Below are positions 28,494-30,734 of a stretch of DNA of 30,734 bases, one piece after another (positions within the stretch are counted from its first letter, which is position 1; every line of letters begins with the position of its first letter). The notes beneath the pieces were generated by a model. That model had not been told where the DNA came from and searched no databases. It was given only the letters and a program-made list of their open reading frames with translations. A program made the translations under genes and the position numbers. This stretch comes from Leptolyngbyaceae cyanobacterium (GTDB lineage Bacteria > Cyanobacteriota > Cyanobacteriia > Phormidesmidales > Phormidesmidaceae): the NCBI GenBank assembly GCA_050331235.1, contig JBHJHA010000090.1:1-30734 (forward strand). The letters are read 5' to 3'.

Positions 28494-28820
28494 AGCATTA
28501 AAAGACTGGCGAAACCGCAGCCAACCCAGTGGTCAGTCGCGCATAGGTTCACCTTACAATGAGATTCTATAAAGACGAGTTTACTTTTCCGAAGAAAAAT
28601 AAAACATAACTTTCATCGATTCAGGCTCTACCCCCCCGGCAATGGTCTCGACATACTGCCGCGTTGCCGCTATCGGTCTATCCAGGCAATATATGGATGC
28701 TCTTAGAAATGTCAGTAATTACATCCAACTCGCGATCGCCAAACTCAAGCATTTGGGTAGAAGTCGGGAAAAATAACATCAGGAAAATCCCGACGCAGTA
28801 TTCTTTGCGGCCACAAATAT

Positions 28821-29795
28821 ATGTCTCACGTCGATATTACGGTGGCGATCTGCACTTATAACGGTGCCAATCGTGTACGTGATGTGTTGGATGCGCTTTG
28901 CGAGCAGAGTCTATCTGACACAGTTATTTGGGAGGTGCTAGTAATTGACAATGCTAGTCAAGACAATATTCGTCAGGTCATCTATCGGTACAAAAATCAG
29001 CCGCACTGCAATTATCCATTACGTTACACATTTGAAGCACAACAAGGGTTAGCCTTTGCTCGTTTGCATGCTGTAGCAGCAGCCAAAGGGGTTCTAGTTG
29101 CGTTCTTAGACGATGACAATATTCCGACCCAAAGCTGGGTAAATAGCGTAGTGACCTTCGCACAGTCTCATCCACAGGTCGGTGCATTTGGGGGCAAAAT
29201 CAAGGGCCAATATGAGGTGCCTCCACCAGAAGGCTTTGAAAGGATCGCTGGTTTTCTGGCCATTATTGATCGCGGTGAGCTTGCCCACTGTTATACGCCT
29301 CAAAATCGGATGCTACCCCCAGGAGCAGGGTTAGTAGTTCGCCGCGCAGTCTGGCTCGAACACGTGCCGAAAACCCCAACTTTGACAGGACGTAGTCAAA
29401 CATCTTTGCTCGCCGGAGAAGATTTGGAGGTTTTGGCCCATATTCAAAAAGCCGGATGGGAAATTTGGTACAACCCGGAGATGGTCATCTATCACAAAAT
29501 CCCGAAGTCTCGACTAGAGGAGCCTTATCTGCTGAAGCTAGCCTGGGGAATTGGCCTTTGTCGCCACCATATTCGCATCGCTCGCTATCGACAGTGGCAG
29601 GCGATCGCCCTTACCCCTTTACACATTGTTCATGACGGTATCAAAGTCTTAAAACTAGTTCTTCACTCTCGGCATTCAAATGCAACGATGTTGTCGAGAA
29701 AGTTTGAGCTAAATTATCAGCTAGCAACTTTTTATAGCCCATTTTACTGGCTATTTAATAGCCTTAAAATATCATTCCAAAAGCCTAACGAATAG
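28821..29795 (+). CDS. Glycosyltransferase family 2, HpsE-like (hormogonium polysaccharide)
   Basis: ITVAICTYNG, VIDNAS, QQGLAFAR, AFLDDDN, PPPEGFERIA.FLAI..RG, LPPGAGLVVRR and GEDLE..GWEIWYNP. Confidence 0.85.
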   Translation: MSHVDITVAICTYNGANRVRDVLDALCEQSLSDTVIWEVLVIDNASQDNIRQVIYRYKNQPHCNYPLRYTFEAQQGLAFARLHAVAAAKGVLVAFLDDDNIPTQSWVNSVVTFAQSHPQVGAFGGKIKGQYEVPPPEGFERIAGFLAIIDRGELAHCYTPQNRMLPPGAGLVVRRAVWLEHVPKTPTLTGRSQTSLLAGEDLEVLAHIQKAGWEIWYNPEMVIYHKIPKSRLEEPYLLKLAWGIGLCRHHIRIARYRQWQAIALTPLHIVHDGIKVLKLVLHSRHSNATMLSRKFELNYQLATFYSPFYWLFNSLKISFQKPNE

Positions 29796-29871
29796 CTTGA
29801 CTTAGTAAATATATCATGATCGCCTCAGTTAAAAATAAGTTATTTTTGTAAGAGTCACAGGCTAATAATGT

Positions 29872-30734
29872 CTAATTCTCACAAACTTCATTAATCAAAT
29901 CTGTATACGCAGCGATCGCTTTTGACACGTGAAAATCTTGTGCTCGGGATTTAAGCATTTCAGGGTCCTTTGGATTTTCAATAGCATCCTGCATCGCTAC
30001 TGCAAGTTGTTGAACATTGCCAACAGGTACCAACCAGCCATATTTACCATCACAGAGTATCTCCCGAGGTCCAAACGGACAATCTGTTGATACCACATTA
30101 CAACCGCAAGCCAAGGCTTCGATAATTACTGTTGGCAACCCCTCTCGAATGGAACTTAGCAGCAAAATATCTGAGAAACACATATAAACTTCAGGATTAG
30201 AAACATGCCCTAAAAAATCAACATCTGAAGCATACTCAAAAACCTTCACTTTATCTTTCAATCTTTTGGCTTCAGATCCTTCTCCTAGGATTATCAACTT
30301 AAGATTCAATCTTTCTCTAAGGTAATAAAAGGCATCAATGGCGGTCATGAGATCTTTCTCTGGAGAAAGCCTGCTCACAATTAAAGCAACAGGCACCGAC
30401 TTTTCAGCAAGCCAAGGGTGAAGCGAATTTATATTCACTGCATCGAAACGTTTTTCATCAACGACAGGATTATTAATAGATAATACTTTCTTCGAAATTT
30501 TAGAATGTTCCCTTAGAAATGCTTCTTTCATGCTTTCAGAGACACATATAATTCTTGATGCGCCTCTATATAATTGGCCGACTATTAGCTGAGAAAAAAG
30601 TCTTACTAGCTGTTTATCTTGTAAGTTATTTTCATAAATAGGAATATGCTCTACAGCTATTACCTTAGTTCTTGACCGAGACATATACTTCGCAGCCAAG
30701 CTCACAAAGTTGACGTACGGTAGATTTGATATCA
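29872..30734 (-). CDS. Glycosyltransferase family 4 (GT-B), 5'-partial
   Basis: SRLSPEKD, SSIREGLPTVIIEALACG (EX7E) and STDCPFGPREIL. The frame stays open upstream of 30705 to the window edge. Confidence 0.9.
   Translation of the reverse strand, partial: ISNLPYVNFVSLAAKYMSRSRTKVIAVEHIPIYENNLQDKQLVRLFSQLIVGQLYRGASRIICVSESMKEAFLREHSKISKKVLSINNPVVDEKRFDAVNINSLHPWLAEKSVPVALIVSRLSPEKDLMTAIDAFYYLRERLNLKLIILGEGSEAKRLKDKVKVFEYASDVDFLGHVSNPEVYMCFSDILLLSSIREGLPTVIIEALACGCNVVSTDCPFGPREILCDGKYGWLVPVGNVQQLAVAMQDAIENPKDPEMLKSRAQDFHVSKAIAAYTDLINEVCEN

Larger units (their letters stand above)
574..29920. repeat. HIP1 octamer GCGATCGC dispersed through the window
   Basis: More than 30 copies by eye, for example at 574, 3731, 5027, 9286, 10501, 11511, 12291, 16181 and 29601. 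Confidence 0.95.

Noticed and set aside
276..29303. The many short antisense or alternate-frame ORFs in the track (for example 1799-2119, 5445-5828, 22190-23745, 24912-25232)
   Set aside because: They overlap well-supported genes and are the expected shadow ORFs.
29831..29847. Palindrome AAAAATAAGTTATTTTT as a bidirectional terminator
   Set aside because: All-AT arms with a 1-nt centre make a weak stem that is common in AT-rich DNA.

Overview
Chromosomal window from a cyanobacterium: dense HIP1 octamers GCGATCGC, psbU, sasA and a cruA-type cyclase, probably a filamentous Leptolyngbya-like organism (inference). It is mostly core metabolism: a WecA/MraY-family transferase, NuiA, rpiA, tautomerase, aldo/keto reductase, cruA, rhomboid, a histidine kinase, saccharopine-dehydrogenase-like protein, UbiH-like hydroxylase beside an MPBQ/MSBQ methyltransferase, a desaturase, sasA, nadB and psbU, plus two polysaccharide-gene patches. 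The clearest anomalies are single in-frame stops in two otherwise intact genes (Wzx flippase, TGA at 7260-7262; class-3 aldehyde dehydrogenase, TAG at 12063-12065). The best candidate for an under-described system is a three-gene unit behind an NtcA-type box: two ABC permeases and a stand-alone allophanate-hydrolase-C/GGCT-fold protein, with no ATPase or binding protein nearby. I found no rRNA, tRNA, CRISPR array or intact mobile element, and I cannot support a claim of a major new system from sequence alone.
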